Made by a program: the position numbers and the translations under genes. DNA of 64,000 nucleotides from Escherichia coli (GTDB taxonomy: Bacteria > Pseudomonadota > Gammaproteobacteria > Enterobacterales > Enterobacteriaceae): assembly GCF_003790525.1 (NCBI RefSeq), contig NZ_CP033633.1; one strand, given 5' to 3'. The notes beneath the pieces were generated by a model, which saw only the letters and a list, made by a program, of their open reading frames with translations, was not told where the DNA came from and did no database searches. This document shows, in pieces, positions 21,748-31,441 of this stretch. Position 1 is the first letter of the stretch. Every line of letters begins with the position of its first letter.

Positions 21748-21778
21748 CTGTACATATAACCACTGGTTTTATGTACAG
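21748..21778. promoter_or_regulatory. Overlapping double LexA (SOS) box of the colicin promoter
   Basis: CTGTACATATAACCACTGGTTTTATGTACAG, two overlapping CTGT-N8-ACAG-like boxes upstream of cba. Confidence 0.55.
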
Positions 21779-21816
21779 ATCAAAAATTACGCCGCTGTGT
21801 TTTCTCTGTCAAGACT

Positions 21817-22377
21817 GTGGATTTCAATTTTTGTGAAAACGATCAAAAAACAGGCACTCACACCACGTGCTATTCTCGCCTGATACCACAAAAAACTGCA
21901 CAAGCATTACTGGTCAGGACGGCAGGAAGAATGCCCGCCGGCCAGCAGACTCACCGGCTGGTTCCGCTCTCGGACTCCTGGTACGTCAGCCAGCTGCAGA
22001 CGATAGTGGCCACACTGAAAATCCCCATGGAACGGCGTAATAAACGAACAGGCAGGACAGAGAAAGCGCGGATCTGGGAAGTGACGGACAGAACGGTCAG
22101 TACCTGGATTGGGGAAGCGGTTGCCGCCGCTGCCGCTGATGGTGTGACGTTCTCTGCCCCGGTCACGCCACATACGTTCCGCCATTCCTATACGATGCAC
22201 ATGCTGTATGCCGGTATACCGCTGAAGGTCCTGCAGAGCCTGATGGGGCATAAGTCCATCAGCTCAACGGAAGTCTACACGAAGGTGTTTGCGCTGGATG
22301 TGGCTGCCCGGCACCGGGTGCAGTTTTCGATGCCTGAGTCCGATGCGGTCACAATGCTGAAAAACAGACACGCATAA
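21817..22377 (+). pseudogene. Duplicated 3' fragment of resD (no N-terminus)
   Basis: From about 21909 the DNA is a near-identical direct repeat of 19515-20055; the N-terminal 33 residues of the ORF are unrelated. Confidence 0.7.
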
Positions 22378-22513
22378 TTCATAAATCATAATTATGAATT
22401 GTGATTTATTCTGTAAAAAAGAGACCACTGCAATATGTGATCTCTTGTATGCAAGGGGGCTTAAACAGTATGAATTCACAAGTGTGATTTCATAAGTAAT
22501 AACTTTTTGATTA

Positions 22514-22789
22514 TTATGTTAGTGTTTTTAAGTATTGCTCAAGGGCTACTCTGACGATGGCACTTACATTTTTTGGATCTTTACCATTGCGTTTATTCCT
22601 CAATGCCAGATCTTCTATTGTGACAAGCATGCTTTCACCAAGAGAGATTGTCGTCCGACATTGTTTTTCTGGTTCGGTTTTTTCCGGCGCGCCGTATGGT
22701 TTATCCGCAAGGCGCTGAGCCAGAGCCTCTGCTTGTTCTACCGTAACTGCAGCTCTGTTTAATGCTTGCTGGCTGGGTTTCTTCACCAT
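22514..22789 (-). CDS. ParG-like ribbon-helix-helix centromere-binding protein
   Basis: 91 aa directly downstream of and overlapping the ParA-like ATPase gene; C-terminal RHH-like segment. Confidence 0.5.
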   Translation of the reverse strand: MVKKPSQQALNRAAVTVEQAEALAQRLADKPYGAPEKTEPEKQCRTTISLGESMLVTIEDLALRNKRNGKDPKNVSAIVRVALEQYLKTLT

Positions 22790-23427
22790 GGGCCAAATAC
22801 CTCATTCATTAAATGTTCAATTTCTGCTTTGGCTGCTGTATTGTTCGTTTCTACTACACCGGTGCCGTTGCTCATGCAATCGCGATAGACTTTTCTGAAA
22901 CAAATAACTGAATCCAGAACTTGAATTGTTGGGAATTCTTCAAGATATTCAAGGAATTCTTTTCTCTCATTTCCCCTCAAAACCGGATTGGTTGTTGCCA
23001 TACTTTGTAAACAATAAACCTTAAGTTCCGGGTTAAGGTTACGCATTGCGTCTATCTGTTGTTCTAGTTCTGTAAGAGTATCCAGATCTGGTTGAGAACA
23101 CTGTAGTGGCGCAATTATTTGATGTGCGACAACTCCACTCGTTATGAATTCCTTTGAGTTTCTTCCTGCGACATCCACTATTACATCATCGAACTTTTCA
23201 TTCAGAGCCTGTAGTGTTTGTGTCAGATTATCAAATTTCTCAACAAGAGTTATTGCTGGTAAAAGTCCTGCAGCTTCTCGTTCCGCATGATGTTTTGCGG
23301 CTGTTCGTTGTAGATCTCCGTTTAACAGGCAGACTTCCCTTCCTTTATTTGCGAGAGCAATAGCCAGGTTTGATGCAATGGTAGTTTTCCCTGAACCACC
23401 TTTGTTCCCACCAACTACAGTAATCAT
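22783..23427 (-). CDS. ParA/ParF-family partition ATPase (type Ib)
   Basis: 214 aa; deviant Walker A GGNKGGSGKTT. Confidence 0.8.
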   Translation of the reverse strand: MITVVGGNKGGSGKTTIASNLAIALANKGREVCLLNGDLQRTAAKHHAEREAAGLLPAITLVEKFDNLTQTLQALNEKFDDVIVDVAGRNSKEFITSGVVAHQIIAPLQCSQPDLDTLTELEQQIDAMRNLNPELKVYCLQSMATTNPVLRGNERKEFLEYLEEFPTIQVLDSVICFRKVYRDCMSNGTGVVETNNTAAKAEIEHLMNEVFGPW

Positions 23428-23429
23428 TG

Positions 23430-23655
23430 CAACCTCATAAATGTGATGTGTGAAGTATGATGATATTTTGACACGGTAACCTGAGGTGTCAATATGCGTT
23501 CATATTTATGAAGTATGAAACATGAAGTGTTTCATATGATGTAATAAATAATACTTGTGTTTTGTGATTTCATAACTATGATAGTACTCAAATTGAGTAT
23601 TACCTTGCAACCAGAAACAGTGATTTACTCAGATTGAGTATTTAAGGGGCTATAG
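23430..23655. promoter_or_regulatory. Divergent promoter / candidate centromere region with repeats
   Basis: Repeats TGAAGTATGA and ACTCAAATTGAGTATTA / ACTCAGATTGAGTATTTA between the divergent parA-like and parM genes. Confidence 0.4.
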
Positions 23656-24627
23656 ATGAACGTATACTGCGATGATGGTTCAACAACAATCAAGTTGGCA
23701 TGGAATGACAATGGGAAAATCAGTAAGTCGTTGTCGCAAAACTCATTTCGTCATGGATGGAAGGTTGACGGGTTAGGGATTCGCCAGACATTTAACTATG
23801 AACTGGATGGTAAAAAATACACGTATGATGAAGTTAGCAACCAATCTATTCTTACGACTCATATTGAGTATCAATATACGGATGTTAACCTGTTAGCTGT
23901 GCATCACGCTTTACTGAATAGTGGATTAGTGCCTCAGCCTGTATCATTGACTGTGACTTTGCCTATCAGTGAGTTCTACACGAAAGAGTGTCAAAAAAAT
24001 GAACTCAACATTCAGCGTAAAATTGAGAATTTAATGAGGCCGATTCGTCTTAATAAAGGCGATGTTTTCACCATTGAACACGTTGATGTGATGCCTGAAT
24101 CATTGCCAGCTGTGTTTTCTCGTCTGGTCATGGATAAAGTTGGTCAGTTCGAAAAATCGCTGGTAGTTGATATTGGCGGCACTACGCTTGATGTTGGTGT
24201 TATCGTTGGTCAATTTGACTCTGTAAGTGCCATTCATGGTAATTCTGGCATTGGTGTGTCTTCAGTTACGAAAGCTGCAATGAGTGCATTGCGCATGGCA
24301 TCCAGTGATACCAGTTTCCTCGTTGCAGATGAATTGATTAAACGTCGTAATGACCCGGACTTTGTTCGGCAGGTTATAAATGACGAAACAAAAACTGATC
24401 TGGTCCTTAATACCATTGAGGGGGCTATTGCCAGTCTGGGGGAGCAAGTAGTCAATGAGCTCGGTGATTTTCATCATGTGAATCGTGTTTATGTTGTCGG
24501 TGGTGGGGCACCGTTGATCTATGATTCGATAAAAACGGCATGGCACCATCTTGGGCAAAAAGTAGTGATGATGGAGTCGCCACAGACAGCACTGGTTGAA
24601 GCTATCGCGGCTTTCAAAGAGGAGTAA
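23656..24627 (+). CDS. parM: ParM/StbA actin-like segregation ATPase (type II partition)
   Basis: 323 aa; DDGSTxIK N-terminus and DIGGTTLD phosphate-binding motif, colinear with R1 ParM. Confidence 0.85.
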   Translation: MNVYCDDGSTTIKLAWNDNGKISKSLSQNSFRHGWKVDGLGIRQTFNYELDGKKYTYDEVSNQSILTTHIEYQYTDVNLLAVHHALLNSGLVPQPVSLTVTLPISEFYTKECQKNELNIQRKIENLMRPIRLNKGDVFTIEHVDVMPESLPAVFSRLVMDKVGQFEKSLVVDIGGTTLDVGVIVGQFDSVSAIHGNSGIGVSSVTKAAMSALRMASSDTSFLVADELIKRRNDPDFVRQVINDETKTDLVLNTIEGAIASLGEQVVNELGDFHHVNRVYVVGGGAPLIYDSIKTAWHHLGQKVVMMESPQTALVEAIAAFKEE

Positions 24628-24631
24628 TATT

Positions 24632-25024
24632 GTGGACGATGAACGGAAAAGGAAAAAATTCACACTTTATCTGCATCCGGAAAAAGCTGCAGACTTTCAA
24701 ACTTTGGAAGCGATAGAGTCCGTTCCGCGTTCTGAGCGTGGTGAGCTGTTCCGGAATGCATTTATTTCTGGAATGGCGTTACACCAACTTGATCCTCGCC
24801 TGCCTGTATTGCTGACTGCCATTTTGAGCGAGGAGTTTTCAGCAGATCAGGTTGTAACCTTACTCAGTCAGACGACTGGATGGAAGCCTTCTCAGGCCGA
24901 TATCAGAGCTGTGTTGACTGAACTCGGTGCTTCGCAATCTGCTGAAAAAATGCCTCCTTCTGCTACTGATTCGGTGCAGGAGGCAATGAATGATGTGCGC
25001 CTTAAAATGCAAAAATTATTCTGA
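24632..25024 (+). CDS. parR: ParR/StbB-like adaptor protein
   Basis: About 130 aa from GTG at 24632, immediately after parM; resembles R1 ParR in the ERSxL...DPR...LL region. Confidence 0.65.
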   Translation: MDDERKRKKFTLYLHPEKAADFQTLEAIESVPRSERGELFRNAFISGMALHQLDPRLPVLLTAILSEEFSADQVVTLLSQTTGWKPSQADIRAVLTELGASQSAEKMPPSATDSVQEAMNDVRLKMQKLF

Positions 25025-25028
25025 TATA

Positions 25029-26300
25029 TCAGAATGAAGCAATGGGGATCTCAGTCCATTGTGTTGTATACGAAGGCGAGAGCATTTCCCGTTTCATTTG
25101 CCATTCAGGGGCGGTTCCTCGCCCCGCAAACCACACTTTCCCTTTTCCCGACTGGTTCAGTTCATCGAGTGTTTTCATTAACTTTTCACTGTTTTTACGG
25201 GGCTGGATTTCATCAAATAATCCCGGCTGCGCTATACCCGATGGTGTGAAATCAGCCAGCATGACTCCTGCCTTCATATAGCGGTACCCTTCACGCCAGA
25301 CATGGTTTAAGGCTCTGCATGCGGCGGCAATAATGTCCCGGCTGTCCTGTGTGGGCAATGGAAGCTTTTCCACAGCGGCATTGCTGTAACAGGGTTCTTT
25401 TACTGCAAAGGGGGATGTCCGTACAAATGTCGTCACCTGCCGGCAATACTGACGCTCCCCACGTAGTTTCTCTGCGGCCCGCTCTGCATACTGAACAACA
25501 GCCTGGTGCATGGCATCTTTGTCTGTGATTCGTTCACCAAAACTGCGACTACAGACAATCTGCTGTTTTGCCGGTGGTGCTTCTTCCAGGGATATGCAGG
25601 ACTCGCCGTTGAGTTCGCGTACCGTACGCTCAAGAATGACGCTGAAGTTTTTCCGGATGAATGCCGTGTTAGCCTGCGCCAGCTGCAGTGCTGTGTTAAT
25701 ACCCAGCGCATTCAGCTTTTCCGTCAGTCTGCGTCCTACTCCCCAGACCTCACCAACTGGCTGCAGTCCCAGTAGCTTCAAGATCCGATTACGGTTTTCT
25801 GCCGTCAGCGCGACCACACCGGAAAACTGTGGCCATTGCTTTGTTGCCCACTGTGCACTTTTAGCCAGCGTTTTTGTAGGCGCAATGCCCACCCCCATGG
25901 TGAGTCCTGTCCAGCTCTTTACCTGTTCCCTGAGCTGATGACCAAAAAACTCCGGAGAGATGCAATGATTTATCCCCCGCAAATCAATAAACATTTCATC
26001 AATTGAGTAGGGCTCAACTGCGGGAGAAAGCGACTCCAGAACAGCCATGACCCGTTGGCTCATGCTGTGGTACAGCGCATAATTGCTGGAAAATACATGT
26101 ATTTTCTTCTCCAGGCGCATCTGTCTCACCTGAAACCAGGGCTGCCCCATTCTGATGCCAAGGGCTTTTGCCTCCGGGCTGCGCGCGATCACACAGCCAT
26201 CGTTATTGCTGAGTACGATGACCGGTTCGTTGCGAAGGTCCGGGCGGAAAACTTTTTCACATGAGGCGTAGAAACTGTTGATATCAGCCAGTGCAAACAT
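25029..26300 (-). CDS. impB: Y-family error-prone DNA polymerase subunit ImpB (UmuC/MucB-like)
   Basis: 423 aa; N-terminal ALADINSFYASCE typical of UmuC. Confidence 0.9.
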   Translation of the reverse strand: MFALADINSFYASCEKVFRPDLRNEPVIVLSNNDGCVIARSPEAKALGIRMGQPWFQVRQMRLEKKIHVFSSNYALYHSMSQRVMAVLESLSPAVEPYSIDEMFIDLRGINHCISPEFFGHQLREQVKSWTGLTMGVGIAPTKTLAKSAQWATKQWPQFSGVVALTAENRNRILKLLGLQPVGEVWGVGRRLTEKLNALGINTALQLAQANTAFIRKNFSVILERTVRELNGESCISLEEAPPAKQQIVCSRSFGERITDKDAMHQAVVQYAERAAEKLRGERQYCRQVTTFVRTSPFAVKEPCYSNAAVEKLPLPTQDSRDIIAAACRALNHVWREGYRYMKAGVMLADFTPSGIAQPGLFDEIQPRKNSEKLMKTLDELNQSGKGKVWFAGRGTAPEWQMKREMLSPSYTTQWTEIPIASF

Positions 26301-26737
26301 CAGCGTAACTCCCGCGTCCTGTGTATCACGTGAGTGACAACACCAAAAATACAGATGTTTTCCGGATACAGTGTGCGGAACTCCGGGCTGTCTGAAACCG
26401 GCTCCAGTGCCGGGCGTGGGCGCAACAGCAGTCGTTTGACGGTGAACTCACCGTCGATCTCAGCGATAACGATGTCCCCGTGTTGTGGTTTTTCGGCCCT
26501 GTCCACTACCAGCAGATCACCATTCTGCACGCCAGCCTGGTTCATCGATTCACCGCTGGCGCGCAGAAAGAAGGTGGCTGCAGGTCTGCTGATGCAATAG
26601 CTGTTCAGATCCAGTTCCTGCTCAGCATAATCAGTGGCAGGCGAAGGAAAACCGGCCTGGCAACGATCGGCAAACAACGGTCGCACGTAACTGTCATCGC
26701 CTGAAGGGTCAGCCGGACGGTGATAAACGGTACTCAT
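26300..26737 (-). CDS. impA: ImpA (UmuD/MucA-like, LexA-type self-cleaving protein)
   Basis: 145 aa with S24 peptidase-like region; start overlaps the impC stop. Confidence 0.85.
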   Translation of the reverse strand: MSTVYHRPADPSGDDSYVRPLFADRCQAGFPSPATDYAEQELDLNSYCISRPAATFFLRASGESMNQAGVQNGDLLVVDRAEKPQHGDIVIAEIDGEFTVKRLLLRPRPALEPVSDSPEFRTLYPENICIFGVVTHVIHRTRELR

Positions 26738-26982
26738 GCTGCAGGCAGCCAGCTGTCGTCCTGCCAGATTTCTTCCAGCAGAGACAGGATACGTTCTTTA
26801 TCCTTGTCGTTGCGGGCTCCTGTGACAGATACAGACGGGGCGCTGCCCTGGTCTATACGCAGCCAGATTTCCGGGTAGTGTGGTTTCAGACGTTGTTCGA
26901 TTTCATTCTGTAGCGCCTGAAGTGTGCCTGATTTGAGGTTTTTTGTGCTCTGGCGGTCGAAAAGAATTTCAATGCGGATCAT
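26734..26982 (-). CDS. impC: ImpC small protein of the impCAB operon
   Basis: Start placed at MIRIEILF (26982) so that the LexA box lies upstream; 82 aa. Confidence 0.6.
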   Translation of the reverse strand: MIRIEILFDRQSTKNLKSGTLQALQNEIEQRLKPHYPEIWLRIDQGSAPSVSVTGARNDKDKERILSLLEEIWQDDSWLPAA

Positions 26983-27005
26983 GTTCTCATCTCCCTTTTC
27001 TCTTG

Positions 27006-27021
27006 CTGTATGTATATACAG
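27006..27021. promoter_or_regulatory. LexA (SOS) box upstream of impCAB
   Basis: CTGTATGTATATACAG matches CTGT-N8-ACAG. Confidence 0.75.
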
Positions 27022-27375
27022 TATTCTAATAACTGAATCCACACACAGTCAAATGTCATTATTGTGACTAAAAAACGCTCAATTCTCTGAGGGTGTGGCT
27101 GTATGCCTGCTGTGGAGTGCTGTGTCCAGCTTATCCACAGCATTTTGTGCACGGTTCTGTGGACAAAATACCTGGTTACCCAGGCCGTGCCGGCACGTTA
27201 ACCGGGCTGCATCCGATGCAAGTATGTCGCTGTCGCCGGCCTCCTCACCCGGTCACGTTTCGTCGTTCCTCCTCCACGCGCTGCGGCTTCGGGGCCGCAC
27301 CTGCATTCGTATGCGGTCGCCCGGTAACAGGTGCGGCACGGCCTGATGGAGGCCGCATGTGAGAGGAGAATTCCC

Positions 27376-28302
27376 ATGCCAAACTGGTGCTCGAATCGTA
27401 TGTATTTTTCTGGTGAACCGGCACAGATCGCTGAGATTAAACGACTGGCCAGTGGTGCAGTCACACCGCTTTATCGCCGCGCCACAAATGAAGGTATTCA
27501 GCTGTTTCTGGCCGGAAGTGCCGGACTTCTGCAGACCACTGAAGATGTGCGGTTTGAACCATGCCCCGGACTGACGGCTGCCGGACGTGGTGTTGTATCT
27601 CCGGAGAATATAGCGTTCACCCGCTGGCTGACACACCTGCAGAACGGTGTACTGCTGGATGAGCAAAACTGCCTGATGCTGCATGAACTCTGGCTGCAGA
27701 GCGGTACTGGACAGCGTCGCTGGGAAGGATTACCGGACGATGTCAGGGATACCATCACCGCACTTTTCACCGCAAAAAGAGGTGACTGGTGTGGCTTCTG
27801 GAGTAACGAGGATGTATCGGTGTGGTGGAACCGTCTGTGTGACAATGTACTGCCGGAAAAAACCATGCCGTTTGACCTGCTGACGGTTCTGCCGACCCGC
27901 CTTGATGTTGAAGTGAATGGCTTCAACGGTGGTGTTCTGAACGGTGTTCCTTCTGCATATCACTGGTATACAGAACGGTATGGTGTGAAGTGGCCTTGTG
28001 GGTATGACCTGAATATCAGCAGTCAGGGGGAAAACTTCATTCAGGTGGATTTCGACACGCCGTGGTGTCAGCCGGAAAGCGACGTTATTGCAGCATTAAG
28101 CCGCCGTTTCAGCTGCACGCTGGAGCACTGGTATGCCGAACAGGGCTGTGATTTCTGTGGCTGGCAGTTGTATGAGCGCGGAGAGCTTGTTGATGTGCTG
28201 TGGGGGGAACTGGAATGGTCTTCCCCGACAGATGACGATGAGCTGCCGGAAGTCACCGGACCTGCGTGGATAGTCGACAATGTGGCGCATTATGGCGGAT
28301 GA
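27376..28302 (+). CDS. Leading-region hypothetical protein
   Basis: 308 aa from ATG 27376 with RBS GAGAGGAG; no family confidently recognised. Confidence 0.45.
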   Translation: MPNWCSNRMYFSGEPAQIAEIKRLASGAVTPLYRRATNEGIQLFLAGSAGLLQTTEDVRFEPCPGLTAAGRGVVSPENIAFTRWLTHLQNGVLLDEQNCLMLHELWLQSGTGQRRWEGLPDDVRDTITALFTAKRGDWCGFWSNEDVSVWWNRLCDNVLPEKTMPFDLLTVLPTRLDVEVNGFNGGVLNGVPSAYHWYTERYGVKWPCGYDLNISSQGENFIQVDFDTPWCQPESDVIAALSRRFSCTLEHWYAEQGCDFCGWQLYERGELVDVLWGELEWSSPTDDDELPEVTGPAWIVDNVAHYGG

Positions 28303-28349
28303 AGTATGACGGAGACGGGCGGGAAACCGCCCGTTTCTTTTCCGACAAA

Positions 28350-28690
28350 GGATGTCGCCGGCGGCTCCGCTTTACCCGGCCATGCGGGGCATGGCCTTGT
28401 GGGTTTTCAACTCTGTAGCCTCAGCGTCGTGTGCGGGCTGTGCCGTGCCTCCATCGTAGCCGGGCTTCTGCGGGCGGGTTGCAAGGTAAGGTGAACCGCT
28501 GCGGTCACCCGGTCCCTCCTTCCCGTCTGCCGTGATTTTCCGGTCGTTCACCCGCTCAGATTTCGCGGTCTCACCCTCCAACTCCCGTCAGCCGTGTGCG
28601 TCAGGCTGCGGCTTCCCTTGCGCCCTTGCAACCCTGCAGGCCCGGCAAAGATGGAGGCACGGCACCGCCCGGTGTCGCGGAATATGTGAA
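28350..28690. promoter_or_regulatory. Structured GC-rich repeat, family B copy 1 (candidate ssi/Frpo-like single-strand promoter)
   Basis: About 340 bp near-identical to 35303-35647; immediately upstream of klcA. Confidence 0.5.
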
Positions 28691-28707
28691 CAACGGAGGA
28701 AAACATC

Positions 28708-29133
28708 ATGCAATATGCGAAACCTGTCACTCTGAATGTTGAAGAGTGCGACCGTCTCTCCTTTCTGCCTTACCTGTTTGGCAACGATTTTCTGTATGCC
28801 GAGGCGTATGTGTACGCGCTGGCGCAAAAAATGATGCCGGAATATCAGGGAGGCTTCTGGCACTTCATCCGCCTGCCGGACGGTGGCGGTTACATGATGC
28901 CGGATGGCGACCGTTTCCACATGGTGAACGGTGCAAACTGGTTTGACCGTACCGTGAGTGCTGATGCCTGCGGCATCATTCTGACTTCCCTTGTGATTAA
29001 CCGCCAGTTGTGGCTGTACCACGACAGCGGGGATGCGGGACTGACACACCTTTACCGGATGCGCGATGCGCAGTTGTGGAGCCACATCGAATTTCACCCC
29101 GAATGCAATGCGATTTACGCGGCACTGGACTGA
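28708..29133 (+). CDS. klcA: KlcA/ArdB-type antirestriction protein
   Basis: 141 aa; LSFLPYLFG...[16 protein letters not shown] resembles KlcA/ArdB. Confidence 0.8.
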   Translation: MQYAKPVTLNVEECDRLSFLPYLFGNDFLYAEAYVYALAQKMMPEYQGGFWHFIRLPDGGGYMMPDGDRFHMVNGANWFDRTVSADACGIILTSLVINRQLWLYHDSGDAGLTHLYRMRDAQLWSHIEFHPECNAIYAALD

Positions 29134-29179
29134 TTAACGGACGGGGCGGCGATGCCGCCCCTGTAAAGGAGACGAGAAC

Positions 29180-29599
29180 ATGTACTGTACTGTTAAAGAA
29201 ATTATCCGCGAAGTGCTGGATACAGACGTGCCGGACAGTGAATGCGTTTTTGCTGTGGTGCTGACCCGTGGGGATGTACGTCACATAGCCCAGGACTGGA
29301 GTCTGACAGACGATGAGCTGGAAACCGTCATGCAGCGGCTGGACGATGCCTTTGAGCATGGTGCTGATGTCAGCATTGTTCACGACGTTGTTCGTGAACT
29401 GATGGAGGAAAAGCGCGTAAACCGTCTTGTAACAGTCCCTGCGGTGCTGCTGGAAAAAGTGATGGTGATGGCTGGTAGTGAAATTTATCGCCTCCATGCT
29501 GTAGGGAGCGAGAACGGGGGCGACGGTGACGCATTTGTCAGGGAAGAACGTGAGATTATGCGGTTGATGCGTCAGGCGCTGGACGGGGAGAACGGGTAA
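29180..29599 (+). CDS. Leading-region hypothetical protein
   Basis: 139 aa acidic protein; no family recognised. Confidence 0.4.
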   Translation: MYCTVKEIIREVLDTDVPDSECVFAVVLTRGDVRHIAQDWSLTDDELETVMQRLDDAFEHGADVSIVHDVVRELMEEKRVNRLVTVPAVLLEKVMVMAGSEIYRLHAVGSENGGDGDAFVREEREIMRLMRQALDGENG

Positions 29600-29790
29600 T
29601 GAATATCAGCACAGAAACCCGCGAAATTCTGCGCAATTACAAAGCCGTGATTAATGCACGACGTCGTGAGATGGGGCAGAAACCGCTCACCACCGCGCAG
29701 ATTGTTGATGAAATCTGCGATTTTGTGGCAAATCAGCAGGCTGTTTTCCTCGGCGGTCACTACATCCTTCAGGGCAGCAGAAACAGGTGA
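29599..29790 (+). CDS. Small hypothetical protein
   Basis: 63-aa ORF whose start overlaps the preceding stop; weak. Confidence 0.3.
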   Translation: MNISTETREILRNYKAVINARRREMGQKPLTTAQIVDEICDFVANQQAVFLGGHYILQGSRNR

Positions 29791-29989
29791 TACAGGGCAG
29801 GCGGTGGAGGCCGCCTGTCAGCCCGCGCGAAAACCCCTGGCAGGCTGACGCCTGCCGGAAACGCGGGGTGCAGCGCCTGCGGCGCTGCCGGCCCGGCTTT
29901 CCGGTCAGAAGGTAGTGTATGGCTGTATGCCAGGAACAGGTGTGATATTCCGTGACGCTGTCACCGTTTCTGGCTGTTTTTTGTTGCGC

Positions 29990-30500
29990 CCACTTCGGCT
30001 CCCGGCTGCCTGGCGGCATCCGGTCGTCAGGCCCGACTCCGACAGGCAGCTGCTGGCGCACCCGCCAGTCTCCGCCGAACCCGCTGGCGCGGTTTCGGGC
30101 TGTCGCTACGGTCCGATGCGTGAAAACCCGGGCTTGCAGCGACCGTTCCGGTCGCGCCGCCTCTGTCGCGCCGTGACCTGCGCTCCCTGCACACCTGACG
30201 GTGTGTGAGGAAACTGCGCCTGATGGCGCAGCAGTCTTCCCTCCTGCCGCCACCTCTGCGGCCTGTTTCCCGCTGTGGACTTTCCGGGGGGCAGACGTAA
30301 CCCCCTCCCGTTCCATCTGTCCAGGGTGAGATGCACCGGCCACAAAATTTTTAGCCATGAACCCGGCTAAAAATTTTGCGTCCGCCCCCGGACAGCTGTC
30401 CCGTGAGGCGGTAAACGGGCCCCCATCGGAAAGGTCCACTGCGGGGAGAAACCCCTGTGAAGTGGACGGCAGGAGGAGCTTTCGCTCCTCTGAAGGGGCA
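29990..30500. promoter_or_regulatory. Structured GC-rich repeat, family A copy 1 (candidate ssi/Frpo-like single-strand promoter)
   Basis: About 500 bp repeated at 36343-36848 and partly at 39725-40055; upstream of ssb. Confidence 0.5.
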
Positions 30501-30559
30501 CATGAACGTCCCGTCGCCGGTATCCGGTTTATCTCACATCTTTCAGTCAGGAGGTTCTT

Positions 30560-31087
30560 ATGAGTGCACGTGGTATCAACAAGGTCATCCTCGTCGGGCG
30601 TCTGGGCAATGATCCGGAAGTCCGTTACATCCCCAACGGGGGCGCAGTGGCAAACCTGCAGGTGGCCACGTCAGAAAGCTGGCGCGACAAACAGACGGGG
30701 GAGATGCGGGAGCAGACGGAATGGCACCGCGTGGTGCTGTTCGGCAAGCTCGCGGAAGTGGCAGGTGAATATCTGCGCAAGGGCGCGCAGGTCTACATCG
30801 AGGGGCAACTCCGTACCCGTAGCTGGGAAGATAACGGTATCACCCGTTACGTCACTGAAATTCTTGTTAAGACCACGGGCACCATGCAGATGCTGGGGAG
30901 TGCACCACAGCAGAACGCTCAGGCGCAACCGAAGCCTCAGCAGAATGGGCAGCCACAGAGTGCTGACGCGACGAAAAAAGGTGGCGCGAAAACGAAAGGC
31001 CGTGGACGTAAGGCCGCGCAGCCCGAGTCTCAGCCGCAACCGCCGGAGGGGGAGGATTACGGGTTTTCAGACGATATCCCGTTCTGA
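30560..31087 (+). CDS. ssb: Plasmid single-stranded DNA-binding protein
   Basis: OB-fold N-terminus [18 protein letters not shown], Gln/Pro-rich linker, acidic C-terminal DDIPF tail. Confidence 0.95.
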   Translation: MSARGINKVILVGRLGNDPEVRYIPNGGAVANLQVATSESWRDKQTGEMREQTEWHRVVLFGKLAEVAGEYLRKGAQVYIEGQLRTRSWEDNGITRYVTEILVKTTGTMQMLGSAPQQNAQAQPKPQQNGQPQSADATKKGGAKTKGRGRKAAQPESQPQPPEGEDYGFSDDIPF

Positions 31088-31105
31088 CTGGCCTGACTGT
31101 GATAA

Positions 31106-31378
<273 letters not shown>

Positions 31379-31441
31379 GAGAGGTGCCGGACGGGAACGC
31401 GTCCGGCAGACATACAACCATCCCGGTCAAAGGAGAAATAT

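Noticed and set aside
26983-27042. Upstream ORF-track start for impC at 27042
   Set aside because: It would place the LexA box (27006-27021) inside the coding region; start at 26982 gives the expected small ImpC with the SOS box upstream.
28372-28581. ORFs of 60-170 codons inside the GC-rich leading-region repeats (e.g. 28372-28581, 30106-30345, 35178-35537, 36459-36698, 39564-39911)
   Set aside because: They lie entirely within repeated structured DNA; their translations differ between copies through frame-changing indels and are Arg/Pro/Gly-rich in the way GC-rich non-coding DNA is.
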